DNA of 64,000 bases from Gammaproteobacteria bacterium (GTDB lineage: Bacteria; Pseudomonadota; Gammaproteobacteria; S012-40), in the NCBI GenBank assembly GCA_015487785.1, contig WFPC01000050.1, forward strand, positions 8,400-72,399, in the 5' to 3' direction. A program made the position numbers and the translations under genes. The notes beneath the pieces are model-generated. The model ran no database searches and was not told the DNA's origin. It saw only the letters and a list, made by a program, of their open reading frames with translations. Position 1 is the first letter of the stretch; the number at the start of each line of letters is the position of its first letter. This document shows positions 10,607 through 20,600 of this stretch, one piece after another.

Positions 10607-11464
10607 TTAACTGGTCGGGGTATGATTTTGCGCCGCCAGCAAGGTGTTGGTCATCAGCATGGCCACAGTCATGGGACCCACGCCGCCGGGCACCGGGGTG
10701 ATCCAGCCGGCCCGCTCGGCTGCCGGTTCGAATTCCACGTCGCCCGCCAGTCTTCCCGAACTCAGACGATTGATGCCGATGTCGATAACCATGGCGCCAG
10801 GTTTGATCCACGTGCCCTCCACCAGCTCCGGTTTGCCCACCCCCACCACGAGGATGTCGCCCCGGCCCACATGGGCCGGCAGATCCCGGGTGAAACGGTG
10901 GCAGGTGGTGACGGTGCAACCGGCCATCAACAGCTCCAGTCCCATGGGACGGCCCACGTGATTGGAAGCACCCACCACCACGGCATGCTTGCCGCGGATA
11001 TCCTCGCCGGTGGATTCCAGCAGCTTCATCACCCCGAAAGGGGTGCAGGGACGTAATGTGGGCATGCGACTGGCCAGGCGGCCCAGGTTGTAGGGATGAA
11101 AGCCATCCACATCCTTGTCTGGATGAATGCGTTCGATGATTGCCGTGGCGTCGATGTGCGCGGGCAGAGGCAGTTGTACCAGGATGCCATCGACCCTGGC
11201 ATCCTGGTTGAGCCGGTCGATCAGTGCCAGCAGTTCCTGCTCGGTGGTATTTCCCGGCAGGGTATGGGAAAAGGACACGATACCGGTCTGTTCACAGGCC
11301 TTTTTCTTGTTGTTGACATAGACCTGGGAGGCTGGGTCATCGCCTACCAGGATCACCGCCAGGCCCGGGGGGCGCAAGCCATTCTGACCCCGTTGGATGA
11401 TTTGGTGATGCACCTCGTCGAGGATGTTTTGGGCGATGGCCTTGCCATTGATCAGCTTGCTCAT
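10607..11464 (-). CDS. folD: Methylenetetrahydrofolate dehydrogenase/cyclohydrolase
   Basis: [27 protein letters not shown]. Confidence 0.98.
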   Translation of the reverse strand: MSKLINGKAIAQNILDEVHHQIIQRGQNGLRPPGLAVILVGDDPASQVYVNNKKKACEQTGIVSFSHTLPGNTTEQELLALIDRLNQDARVDGILVQLPLPAHIDATAIIERIHPDKDVDGFHPYNLGRLASRMPTLRPCTPFGVMKLLESTGEDIRGKHAVVVGASNHVGRPMGLELLMAGCTVTTCHRFTRDLPAHVGRGDILVVGVGKPELVEGTWIKPGAMVIDIGINRLSSGRLAGDVEFEPAAERAGWITPVPGGVGPMTVAMLMTNTLLAAQNHTPTS

Positions 11465-11668
11465 GGACGGACTGCTCTCGGGATTGATGGTTTGCGTGGA
11501 CGAGCCGGCCCAGTCATCGGGAAGTTGGCGAGTGTGCCTGCATTCGATGCTCGGGCGGCTTCGCTGTCGATGGCGCGATATGATCGCATGCTTGGGCGAT
11601 CAGGCCAAGCATGCCTTGCCTTCAATGGGGAAATTGCCGGAGGGGAAAGGGAAAATCACGACAAGGCA

Positions 11669-11697
11669 TTGACCTGGAGGCTCTCTACGCCTATTAT
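11669..11697 (+). promoter_or_regulatory. Sigma70 promoter of tRNA operon
   Basis: TTGACC-N17-TATTAT. Confidence 0.7.
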
Positions 11698-11736
11698 TTG
11701 GCACCCGTTTATCGGCTCGGTCCAGCAGCGGGATAT

Positions 11737-11813
11737 CGGGGTATAGCGCAGTCTGGTAGCGCGCCTGCTTTGGGAGCAGGATGTCGGGAGTTCGAATCTC
11801 TCTACCCCGACCA
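11737..11813 (+). tRNA. tRNA-Pro (TGG)
   Basis: Cloverleaf, anticodon loop TT-TGG-GA, GTTCGAAT, CCA end. Confidence 0.97.
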
Positions 11814-11859
11814 AACATGTTGCGCCCGGGCGCTGCCAGTGTTCAGCAGGTGACGCCAT

Positions 11860-11936
11860 GCGCCCGTAGCTCATCTGGATAGAGCATCGGCCTTCTAAGC
11901 CGAGGGTAGCAGGTTCGAATCCTGCCGGGCGCGCCA
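11860..11936 (+). tRNA. tRNA-Arg (TCT)
   Basis: Cloverleaf, anticodon loop CT-TCT-AA, CCA end. Confidence 0.97.
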
Positions 11937-11960
11937 TGCACCGTACCGATACCAGTCAAT

Positions 11961-12037
11961 GGTGGCTGTAGCTCAGTTGGTAGAGCCCTGGATTGTGATT
12001 CCAGTCGTCGTGGGTTCGAGTCCCATCAGCCACCCCA
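11961..12037 (+). tRNA. tRNA-His (GTG)
   Basis: G-1, anticodon loop TT-GTG-AT, CCA end. Confidence 0.97.
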
Positions 12038-12040
12038 TTC

Positions 12041-12069
12041 AGCAAAGCCGGCCTCGCGCCGGCTTTGCT
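12041..12069 (+). terminator. Hairpin after tRNA operon
   Basis: AGCAAAGCCGGC...GCCGGCTTTGCT inverted repeat. Confidence 0.7.
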
Positions 12070-12169
12070 CTTCTATTTCGCCAGCCGATGCTTTTCACTC
12101 CAAACCTGTGCCAAGGCGGCGACGAAGCCTGCCGGCTCCTGGGGATGCTGTGAAGCATCCGCAATGGGT

Positions 12170-12898
12170 TCAGAAGAAAAAGCTGTAACCCATTTGCACC
12201 GTGATATCCATGAATTGATAATCGTAGCCGCCCTGGCTGAGTACGGGGCCGGCGCCGGTCGCCCGCAGCAACCAGTTGCGATAGCGATATTCCATCAATA
12301 CTGCCACCGAGAAAGCACCACCGCTGATGTCGAACTTGTGTCTCTGGCCGTCACTGCGGGTATAGACGATATCGCCCTTGGCCTTCAGGTAGCCGATGCC
12401 CGCGCCTATGCCGAGTTTGAGGGAGTGCCCGCGCATGTCCTTGTCGCCGAAATGGTAGAAGAACACCGGTGAGGCATAGAAGAAATAACCCTTGGCCGAG
12501 GTGCCCAGGTCCAGCGGGTCGCTATCGTTTTCATTGACCAGTTGTTTGTCGATGGAGAAGGGCGAAATGCTGAAGGTGAAATTGTAGCCCCAGTTGGAAG
12601 CATCGAAATAGCTATAGGCGGTGCCCAGGCTGAGGAAGGGGACTATGTCCATTTCGGTTTGCAGTTCACCCTGGGTGGTCTGGGTGGCGGAATCGCTCAC
12701 GTCCAGCACCATTTGCTTGCCGGCGATGCCAATATCCACATAAGCGCGGGAGAAGGAAGCGTGTACCGCTTCGATGCCATCGCCCCAGGCAGGTGATGCC
12801 AGCAACAACAGACAAATCCAGCATGACGGATGATGAGGAAAGGCAGATGCTGGGCGCACGGGTCGATTCCGTTTCGATAATCCGTTTTCTGCCAGCAT
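12170..12898 (-). CDS. Hypothetical exported outer-membrane beta-barrel-like protein
   Basis: Signal-like LLLLASPAWG, alternating beta-strand pattern, terminal GYSFFF; start uncertain. Confidence 0.6.
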   Translation of the reverse strand: MLAENGLSKRNRPVRPASAFPHHPSCWICLLLLASPAWGDGIEAVHASFSRAYVDIGIAGKQMVLDVSDSATQTTQGELQTEMDIVPFLSLGTAYSYFDASNWGYNFTFSISPFSIDKQLVNENDSDPLDLGTSAKGYFFYASPVFFYHFGDKDMRGHSLKLGIGAGIGYLKAKGDIVYTRSDGQRHKFDISGGAFSVAVLMEYRYRNWLLRATGAGPVLSQGGYDYQFMDITVQMGYSFFF

Positions 12899-12986
12899 AG
12901 CACAAGCTCACGAGCACGGGTATGGGTGTAACGAGAAGCGCACTGTGGCGACTATTTATCCGGTGGACGATTGCAGGAGGTGTGTA

Positions 12987-13805
12987 GTGGGACGTTGGTT
13001 GCTGCTGTTGTTGTCGTTGGTGTGCCTGCCCTTGCAGGCTGTGGAACGCATTCGTGTGGTGGGGTCGACCACGGTGCTGCCCATCATGGCCGAGGCAGCC
13101 AAGGTATTTCGCCAGCGCCATCCCCAGGTGAAGCTGACGGTTGCCGGCGGCGGTTCGGGCGTCGGTGTGGCCAGTGTCGTGCGGGGCATGGCGGAAATCG
13201 GCATGGTTTCGCGTTCGCTGACGGCAAGGGAAAGAAAACGCCTGGGGGAACGGGTGGAGCTAGTCCCCATTGCCCGTGATGCGGTGGCGGTGGCGGTGTC
13301 CAAGGAGGTTTACCTGAGCGGGGTGAGACGATTGACTCTGAAGCAGGTGGCGGCAATCTATCGTGGCGAGATCGACAACTGGAAGGCCCTGGGAGGTACC
13401 GACAAACCCATTCTGGTGGTGGACAAGGAGGCCTCGCGCGGCACCCGCCATGTGTTTGCCCGCGTGGTTCTGGGACATCCCCATGCCCGCGCGCCCGGTG
13501 CCAAGATCCTTTCCGGTTCCAACAACGAGGAGAAGGCCATTCTGGCCGGCAGTGACAAGGCCATCGGCATGTTGTCCCATGCCTGGCTCGATGATGCGGT
13601 ACGCGGGATCGCCGTCGTGGTCGATGGGCAGGTGGTCGAACCCAGCCTGGAAAACATCGCCAATGGTCGTTATCCCATTGGACGTGATCTCAGCCTGCTG
13701 GTGCCCGTGGATCGTACGCGGTGGGTACAGCGGTTGATGGATTTTCTACTGTCGCCCGAAGGCCAGGCTATCGTGCAACGTAGTGGTTATGTGCCGGTAA
13801 TGTGA
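12987..13805 (+). CDS. PstS-like oxyanion ABC transporter binding protein
   Basis: GSTTVLP, GGGSGVG, IGMVSR, YPIGR; AGGAGG before GTG 12987. Confidence 0.85.
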   Translation: MGRWLLLLLSLVCLPLQAVERIRVVGSTTVLPIMAEAAKVFRQRHPQVKLTVAGGGSGVGVASVVRGMAEIGMVSRSLTARERKRLGERVELVPIARDAVAVAVSKEVYLSGVRRLTLKQVAAIYRGEIDNWKALGGTDKPILVVDKEASRGTRHVFARVVLGHPHARAPGAKILSGSNNEEKAILAGSDKAIGMLSHAWLDDAVRGIAVVVDGQVVEPSLENIANGRYPIGRDLSLLVPVDRTRWVQRLMDFLLSPEGQAIVQRSGYVPVM

Positions 13806-14647
13806 TGTTGCGGATCTATATGCATGTTTCGGCTCTGTTGGTAGGGCTGGTCTTGTTTTTGTTGCTGGGCTTTCTGTGGTTCGGAGCCTGGCCGTTTTTA
13901 CGCCAGGATGGGATCGCTTCGTTGTTTGCCTCCCAGTGGTATCCCTTCGAGGGGCTTTTTGGCATGGCGCCGGCCTTGCTGGGGAGTCTGTGGGTAGTCC
14001 TGCTGGCCCTGTTCCTTGCCCTGCCACTGGCACTGGCGGGTGCGGTATTCAACCTCGAGTTGATGCCGTCGCGTTGGCAGGGTTTCTTGCGTCTGGGCAT
14101 GCAGGTTCTGGCGGGTATTCCTTCGGTGGTCTACGGCTTGATGGGCCTGTGGCTGTTGTTGCCCTTGCTGGAGAGCCAGTTGGAGCTGTTGACCGGGCGC
14201 AGCCTGCTGGCGGCGGGTTTGTTGCTGGCGCTGATGATTCTACCTACTCTCATGGTTATGAGCGAGGAAGCCTTGCACGGGGTGAGGGCAGAACAAAAGG
14301 AAAGCGCCATCAATCTGGGCTTGGACTGGAATCAACGGCTGTGGCGCGTCTTGTTGCCACAAGCCTGGCCGGGTATTCGTTCGGCGTGCTTGTTGGCGCT
14401 GGGCCGGGCCCTGGGTGAAACGGTGGCGGTGATGTTGGTGGTGGGCTCCATGGATCGCTTGCCCCAGCCCTGGTACAACCTGTTGCAGCCGGCGCAGACG
14501 CTCACATCGCGTATCGGGCGGGAAATCGGCGAAGCCGGCATGGGTTCGCTGCATTGGAGCGCCCTGATGGCCAGCGGGCTGTTGCTGGCCATGCTGGCTC
14601 TATTGTTGGCGTCGCTGGCCCAATTGATGGGCAGGGAGAAGAGATGA
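13802..14647 (+). CDS. PstC-like ABC permease
   Basis: LAGIPSVVYGL, EAA-like loop, GRALGETVAVMLVVG. Confidence 0.85.
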   Translation: MMLRIYMHVSALLVGLVLFLLLGFLWFGAWPFLRQDGIASLFASQWYPFEGLFGMAPALLGSLWVVLLALFLALPLALAGAVFNLELMPSRWQGFLRLGMQVLAGIPSVVYGLMGLWLLLPLLESQLELLTGRSLLAAGLLLALMILPTLMVMSEEALHGVRAEQKESAINLGLDWNQRLWRVLLPQAWPGIRSACLLALGRALGETVAVMLVVGSMDRLPQPWYNLLQPAQTLTSRIGREIGEAGMGSLHWSALMASGLLLAMLALLLASLAQLMGREKR

Positions 14648-15483
14648 CACGAGGACACTGGAGCAAATTGCTCATTGCACTACTGGCACTGCCGGCCCTG
14701 CTGTTGCCCGCTGCCAGCCTGGGCTACATTCTCTGGCGTGCCGGCCCGGTGTTGGATTGGGCCTTCGTCAGCAGCGCCGACGAGGGTATGGGCTTCGGCG
14801 TGGCCAGCGGAATTCTGCCCCAGTTGACCGGTTCGCTGTTGCTGGCTTTTAGCGCCTGTCTACTGGCTGCACCGGTGGCACTGGGCTGCGCCCTGTATTA
14901 TCAACTGTGTGCCGGCACTGGCCGGCGTGGCATCTTGCTGATCCTGTTGCAAATGTTGCAAGGGATACCACCCATTGTCTTTGGCCTGGCCGGTTTGCTG
15001 ATCTTCGTCTATCTGTTGGACTGGGGCGTGTCACTGGCCAGCGGCGCGGTGGTATTGGCTGGTGTGGTTCTGCCGTTGTTGACGGTGAATGTCATCGATG
15101 CCCTGCAGCGTTTGCCAACACACTACAGCGAGAGTGCGCGTTCGCTGGGCCTGAGGGATGGAGAGCTGATCATGCGGGTGTGGTTGCCCATGGCCTGGCC
15201 GGGCATACTCACCGGTTTGTTACTGGCCATGGCCCGAGCCCTGAGTGAAACCGCACCCATTCTGTTCACCGCCACGGTCTTCTCCGGTGCCGGTTGGCCC
15301 GATTCCATCTTCGAACCAGTGACCACCCTGCAAACCCATGTTTTCTATCTTGCCCAGGAAGCCGCCGATGAACAGGCGGTGGCCACGGCCTGGGGCAGTG
15401 CCGCAGTATTGGTGGGAGTGGTGCTCATTTTCGCCTTGCTGGCTCAGTGTCTGAGACGCATGAGTGGATCTCGGAGTGATTGA
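14644..15483 (+). CDS. PstA-like ABC permease
   Basis: GIPPIVFGL, ESARSLG, ARALSETAPILFT. Confidence 0.85.
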   Translation: MTRGHWSKLLIALLALPALLLPAASLGYILWRAGPVLDWAFVSSADEGMGFGVASGILPQLTGSLLLAFSACLLAAPVALGCALYYQLCAGTGRRGILLILLQMLQGIPPIVFGLAGLLIFVYLLDWGVSLASGAVVLAGVVLPLLTVNVIDALQRLPTHYSESARSLGLRDGELIMRVWLPMAWPGILTGLLLAMARALSETAPILFTATVFSGAGWPDSIFEPVTTLQTHVFYLAQEAADEQAVATAWGSAAVLVGVVLIFALLAQCLRRMSGSRSD

Positions 15484-16282
15484 CGTGAATACGCAAATAA
15501 ATATCGAGTCGAGGCAGCGCACACAGGCGGCTTCATCGTCCTTGCAGGTTCGGGGCTTGAGTCTGCGACTGGATGGCCGGGTGGTGCTGCGCGATGTGAC
15601 ATTGCAACTTCCTGCCACCGGCATAACCACTCTGATCGGTCCCTCCGGGGCGGGCAAGACCTCCCTGCTGCGGTGTTTGAACGGCCTGCTGGAGCATTGG
15701 CAGGGAGAAGTCCGCATTGCAGGGAAGGATACGCGTCAATGGCCCGGTGGTTGGGATGCCCTGCGTCGTCATGTGGGTCTGCTTGGACAAAAGCCTTGTG
15801 TCTTTCCGCTTTCCATTCGTGCCAATGTGGTATTTGGCATTCAGGGCTTTTGGCGTCGGCGGCGTGCTGCGGCGCGGGTAGAACACTATCTGCGCCAGGC
15901 GGCCTTGTGGGACGAGGTGGCCGAGCGCCTGCAGCAACCGGCGCAGCGTCTGTCCATAGGTCAACAACAGCGCCTGTGTCTGGCTCGTGCGTTGGCAGTG
16001 AAGCCGCGCATGCTGTTGCTGGACGAGCCCACCGCTTCACTGGATCCGACATCCAAACACCTGATCGAACGATCCATTGGCCGGTTGGCCAATGAACTAC
16101 CGGTGTTGTGGGTTACCCATGATCTGGAGCAGGCCCGACGCCTGGGTGGGCAGGTCGTGTTCATGTGTGAGGGACGCATTATCGAACAGGGCGCGAGTGA
16201 AGCATTTTTTCGCCGGCCACAACGCCTGGAGAGTCGTGAATTCATCAATTGGCAGGTATGCGACTGTGGCGGGCCGTCATAG
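15464..16282 (+). CDS. PstB-like ABC ATPase
   Basis: GPSGAGKT, LSIGQQQRLCLARALA, LLDEPTASLD, VTHD. Confidence 0.88.
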   Translation: MDLGVIDVNTQINIESRQRTQAASSSLQVRGLSLRLDGRVVLRDVTLQLPATGITTLIGPSGAGKTSLLRCLNGLLEHWQGEVRIAGKDTRQWPGGWDALRRHVGLLGQKPCVFPLSIRANVVFGIQGFWRRRRAAARVEHYLRQAALWDEVAERLQQPAQRLSIGQQQRLCLARALAVKPRMLLLDEPTASLDPTSKHLIERSIGRLANELPVLWVTHDLEQARRLGGQVVFMCEGRIIEQGASEAFFRRPQRLESREFINWQVCDCGGPS

Positions 16283-16300
16283 TGAAGGCATGGCCGCCGC

Positions 16301-16842
16301 TCATGGCTTGTTGTACAAGGTGATGGCACATTGTGCTGTGCATTACCCAACCAGCAATGCACGTCCTCTTATGGTGCACTGTAACTGTATGTTGCGCCGT
16401 GCCAGGCTGGCCAGTTCCATGGCTGCGGGCTCGGCCAGACGTCGCACGCACAGCTTGTCGAAACGCCGCAGATTTCTTGCCTGTTGTTTCCACCACACTT
16501 CCGCATTATGCTGCTGATAGGTATAGATGATCACGTTCTTGGCCCAAGCGCAGGCCTTGCGAACGCGTTTCTCGTCCGGCGGGCCGAGTTCTATCCGCAA
16601 TTCGACCTCATCGTGCAGATTCCTCAGCCACAGATCGGGCTCGCCGTCGGTACTCAAGCCTCGGCCAAAAAGCAGCCGTCCATCGGCGTGCAGGGCAAAG
16701 GCTAGCAGACGAACCATCATGCGTTGTTCTGTTTCCGAGGGGTGACGGGCGAGGGTGAGACTGCGCGTCTGATAATATTATAGTTTCGGTTGAGATCGGC
16801 GATTTGCAACTCGGCTTTGAAGATAGTGGCCTTGAGCGCCAT
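16301..16842 (-). pseudogene. yaeQ: YaeQ family pseudogene (multiple frameshifts)
   Basis: MALKATIFKAELQIADL and LARHPSETEQRMMVRLLAFAL are in different frames; further shifts near the 3' end. Confidence 0.85.
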
Positions 16843-17005
16843 GGGGTACCCTTGCAAGAGCAGGCAGGGAGTACAGAGTATACACCTGCGCACAGAAATG
16901 TGACGCGGATGGCGTCGGAGCGGCGTGCTTGCATCTAGACTATATTCATGTATTAATCCGCAGCATCACCCATGAAAACAAGCCATGAGGCAAGAGGAGG
17001 CAGCA

Positions 17006-17734
17006 ATGAAGAAACGGTTACTGGGCATCATGCTTGGAGCCCTGGCAGGGGGCTCGGTACAGGCGGCGGCACTGGATGTGGGCAAGATCAGTAGCCAGGG
17101 CCAGTCGGTATTCAAGGCCTTGTCGGAAGATCTGGCAGCAGCGCTCAGCTACAAGGCCATTACTCCGGCCGAGCCGCTGGGGGTGGTGGGTTTCGATATT
17201 GGCGTGGAAGTCACGGGAACCCAGCCGGCCAATGCCAAGGACTGGGCCGCGGCGGTGGGCGAGAGTGATGTGTCGCTGCTACCCGCGCCCAAGCTGCATG
17301 CCTTCAAGGGGCTGCCGCTGAGCCTGGATGTGGGGGCAGTCTATTCGGCCATCCCGGGTACCGGCATTCAATACTACGGTGGCGAGCTGCGCTATAGTTT
17401 TGTCAGCGGTAATGTGGCCATTCCAGCCCTGGCCATTCGCGGTGCCTATACCGCACTGACTGGGGTCGACACCCTTGAAATGAATACCAAGAGTGTAGAA
17501 CTCACCATCTCCAAGGGATTTCTGATGTTTACCCCCTATGCGGGCATTGGCCAGGTATGGGCTACCAGCACGCCTTCGGGTTCGGTGGCCAATGTGTTCA
17601 GTGAAGAAAGCCTGAGCCTGTCCAAGTGGTATGTGGGTATCAATATCAACCTGGGGCTGGTGAATCTGGCTTTTGAAACCGACCAGACCGGTGATGCCAC
17701 CTCGTATTCCGGCAAGCTGGGGTTTCGTTTCTAG
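17006..17734 (+). CDS. Hypothetical outer-membrane beta-barrel protein
   Basis: Signal peptide, beta-strand pattern, terminal GKLGFRF; RBS GAGGAGG. Confidence 0.75.
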   Translation: MKKRLLGIMLGALAGGSVQAAALDVGKISSQGQSVFKALSEDLAAALSYKAITPAEPLGVVGFDIGVEVTGTQPANAKDWAAAVGESDVSLLPAPKLHAFKGLPLSLDVGAVYSAIPGTGIQYYGGELRYSFVSGNVAIPALAIRGAYTALTGVDTLEMNTKSVELTISKGFLMFTPYAGIGQVWATSTPSGSVANVFSEESLSLSKWYVGININLGLVNLAFETDQTGDATSYSGKLGFRF

Positions 17735-17751
17735 CCCTTCATACCCCCGGG

Positions 17752-17777
17752 AAAGCGCCCCGTTAACGGGGCGCTTT
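17752..17777 (+). terminator. Intrinsic terminator
   Basis: AAAGCGCCCC-GTTAAC-GGGGCGCTTT. Confidence 0.75.
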
Positions 17778-17895
17778 ACATTCTGCCAGCACGTCGCGCA
17801 ACCTCGATCTGGGGCTCATGGTTTCGCTTAAGAATACAGCAAGAAAGCATTGCTAAGCTGAGCTGTCGCTTGTTGGCGGTTTCATGAGGTAGCCC

Positions 17896-20346
17896 ATGTC
17901 CTTGCGTTATTTCGTCCTGCCAGCCGTTTTGCTGATTCCGGCCTTGGTCATGGCCGCGAATGTCATACCCAATGATCCAAACTACGATGCCTCGGCCTAT
18001 GCCAGTATCGATCTGCCCACTGCCTGGGAAACCACCACGGGAAGCCCTTCCGTGACGGTGGCGGTGATCGACGATGCCGTCGAGATCACGCATCCGGATT
18101 TGGCCGGTAATATCCACACCAGTAGTTATGATGTCGAACGCAGGGATAATGATCCCAGCCCGGAGTTGTGCAGCCAGGGCCCGGAAACCCGCAAGGAAGC
18201 CCATGGTACCGGTGTGGCCGGTGTGGTGGGGGCAGTGGGCAACAACGGGGTTGGTATCGCCGGCGTGAACTGGAAGGTGAGCCTGCTGGCCATTCGCGTG
18301 GGTTGCATGATCGGTTCCAGTCAGGTGCTGGAGGCCATTCGTTATGCCGTGAACCAAGGCGCGCGTATCATCAATGCCAGTTTTGCCAGTTACGAGCGTT
18401 ATGATCAGGCCACACGTGAGGGAATTTCCCGTCTGCTGGAAGACAACGATGCCCTGTTGATCGTCTCCGCGGCCAACACTCATGGCGACAACGATTACTC
18501 GCCCGTGGATCCGGCCAATATAGACAGCCCCAATATCATCGTCGTCGCCGCCAGTGACAATACCGGCAAACTGACACACTGGAGCCACTACGGTGTGACT
18601 AGTGTGGATCTGGCGGCGCCTGGTGTGAAAATTCTCACCACGGGACTGGACAACACCTATCGCCGCCAGACAGGAACCTCGTATTCCGCGCCCATGGTGG
18701 CCGGGGTGGCGGCCTTGTTGCTGAGTGCTCGTCCCGATTTGAGTGCACGTGAATTGCGCGCCATTCTGCTGGCCTCTGTGACACCACTGGCCAATGGCCG
18801 TGCCACGAGTCGGCAGGGATTACCTCTGGCCAAGTTGGTGACTGATGGCGTGGTCAATGCGGCCGCAGCCATGCAGATTTCCAGTCAGCCCAGACCTTTG
18901 CCGATTTTGCATGCCATTGAAGTGGACGATGCCACACTGGGCAATGGCAACGGGGTGATAGACAGTGACGAGCGTTTCGAACTCGTTCTCACTATCGAGG
19001 ATGCTTGGCCCAACAGCGGACTCGGCGCACTCGATGCCAGGCTCACCAGTACCGCTGACGAAGTGAACATAGAGAATGCACAGCAGCTCTTGACCTTCAC
19101 GTCTGACGACAAGGGGCGTTCTCTGGCCTCGGCGCGTTTTCGGGTGGCGGTGAGTGAAATCACCGCGCATCGGCGTTTCAGTTTCGATCTGCACCTGGAA
19201 GGAACAGGCGCGAATCTGGTACGGAGTTTCGAGCTGGAAGCCGGGCCCTTGCGCAATGCCCAGACCGTCTCTGGCGTGTTGCAACAAAACGAGTTCGACG
19301 ATTTTCAGACTTTCACCCTGGATGTTCCCGCGCAGGCCCGTGTCGTGGTTTTCGAACTACAGCATGAAGGCGTAGACGATGGGCGGATACCGGATCTGGT
19401 GGTGGCACGCAATACCAGGCCGGTCTTGCAGATGAACACTACGGCGAATGATGTGAGTCGGGGCGGGCGTTTCAGCTATTATCGCGCGACGAACGGTTCA
19501 CTGGAGGGCACTTGGCGTGCCGTGGTCTATCATCGCATGCTGGGTGACAATACCCTTGCAGGGCAGCCCAAGGCTTTTTCCCTGCGGGGTTGCTACCTGA
19601 CGGAAGAGCAACTGGCGGTGACTCCCCAGGTGGAGGTATTGGCAGACAAAACCGTGGTCGAGCCTGGCGCCAGGGTAAACTTGAAAGGCATGGCGTCACT
19701 GGGCAGCAATCGTTTCTTTTGGTGGGAGCTGGCGGCAGACACGGGCGCCATGGGTGGGGTACTTCCCCGGCTGGAAGGCGATGACACGCTGGAGCCCTAT
19801 TTCGTCGCCCCTGACAGTGGCAGCTTCACCATCACACTGAATATCTCTGATGAAAACTGCCGGCAGGGTTCCGCCTCGGTGACAATACAGGTACAGGAAG
19901 CCTCCGATCTCAAGTCGGGTTTCACCCTGGAGCCGCGCGCCATCGATATTGTCGAAGGGGTCGACCTGCGTCGTTTCGTGCAGGCCATCGTGAACGATCA
20001 GGTCAATGGCATGCTGGAGGATGTGGTCGAATTTCGTCTGGTCGACGGGCCTCCCGGCGTGAGTCTGGAGAATGATTTCCTGATCTGGCCCAACGCCGGA
20101 CCTGCGGGGACATATTTCCTCACCTTCGTCGCACGCACGAGGGGGGGCGAGGCGCAATATGCACAAATGAAAATCACCGTGAGAGACAGCAGTGGCAACA
20201 CCATTTCGGCTTCCGGCATGAGTCGCACCGCGTCGGGCTGCAGCATGGGTGGGCCGCAGGGCTTCGATCCCAGTTTGCCGGTTCTGCTGTTGTTTTCTCT
20301 CCTGTATGTGCTGCGCGAAAGAAAGGTGTGTGTGGCATTGCATTGA
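17896..20346 (+). CDS. Secreted S8 (subtilisin) peptidase with C-terminal JDVT-CTERM-like sorting signal
   Basis: Triad VAVIDD / HGTGVAG / GTSYSAP; tail GCSMGGPQGFDPSLPVLLLFSLLYVLRERK. Confidence 0.88.
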   Translation: MSLRYFVLPAVLLIPALVMAANVIPNDPNYDASAYASIDLPTAWETTTGSPSVTVAVIDDAVEITHPDLAGNIHTSSYDVERRDNDPSPELCSQGPETRKEAHGTGVAGVVGAVGNNGVGIAGVNWKVSLLAIRVGCMIGSSQVLEAIRYAVNQGARIINASFASYERYDQATREGISRLLEDNDALLIVSAANTHGDNDYSPVDPANIDSPNIIVVAASDNTGKLTHWSHYGVTSVDLAAPGVKILTTGLDNTYRRQTGTSYSAPMVAGVAALLLSARPDLSARELRAILLASVTPLANGRATSRQGLPLAKLVTDGVVNAAAAMQISSQPRPLPILHAIEVDDATLGNGNGVIDSDERFELVLTIEDAWPNSGLGALDARLTSTADEVNIENAQQLLTFTSDDKGRSLASARFRVAVSEITAHRRFSFDLHLEGTGANLVRSFELEAGPLRNAQTVSGVLQQNEFDDFQTFTLDVPAQARVVVFELQHEGVDDGRIPDLVVARNTRPVLQMNTTANDVSRGGRFSYYRATNGSLEGTWRAVVYHRMLGDNTLAGQPKAFSLRGCYLTEEQLAVTPQVEVLADKTVVEPGARVNLKGMASLGSNRFFWWELAADTGAMGGVLPRLEGDDTLEPYFVAPDSGSFTITLNISDENCRQGSASVTIQVQEASDLKSGFTLEPRAIDIVEGVDLRRFVQAIVNDQVNGMLEDVVEFRLVDGPPGVSLENDFLIWPNAGPAGTYFLTFVARTRGGEAQYAQMKITVRDSSGNTISASGMSRTASGCSMGGPQGFDPSLPVLLLFSLLYVLRERKVCVALH

Positions 20347-20371
20347 GCTTTGAACGTGTGGAGTTGCAGAC

Positions 20372-20397
20372 GGCCAGGGTTCCCTGGCCATTTTTTT
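20372..20397 (+). terminator. Intrinsic terminator
   Basis: GGCCAGG/CCTGGCC stem followed by T7. Confidence 0.65.
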
Positions 20398-20600
20398 GCG
20401 TGAAACTATCAACCGGAGCTTGGTATTGCCGCCAGGATGAGATAAAAATCTTCGAAAAGGGGGAAAATTTTTCAAAAAGAGCTAGAATTTTTTAAAGTAA
20501 TCAAGACAGGCACCGAAGAAGTTTGCACGTGGTTATTTTTTTTGTGATGATACGCCCATTGTCCGGGGGTTCCCAATAGCTCAGCAAGGAGTGAACACAG

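Noticed and set aside
11465-11620. ZTP/THF riboswitch upstream of folD
   Set aside because: No consensus elements are recognisable on the minus strand.
12038-16900. Integrase-driven island at tRNA-His
   Set aside because: No integrase and no duplicated tRNA 3' end seen.
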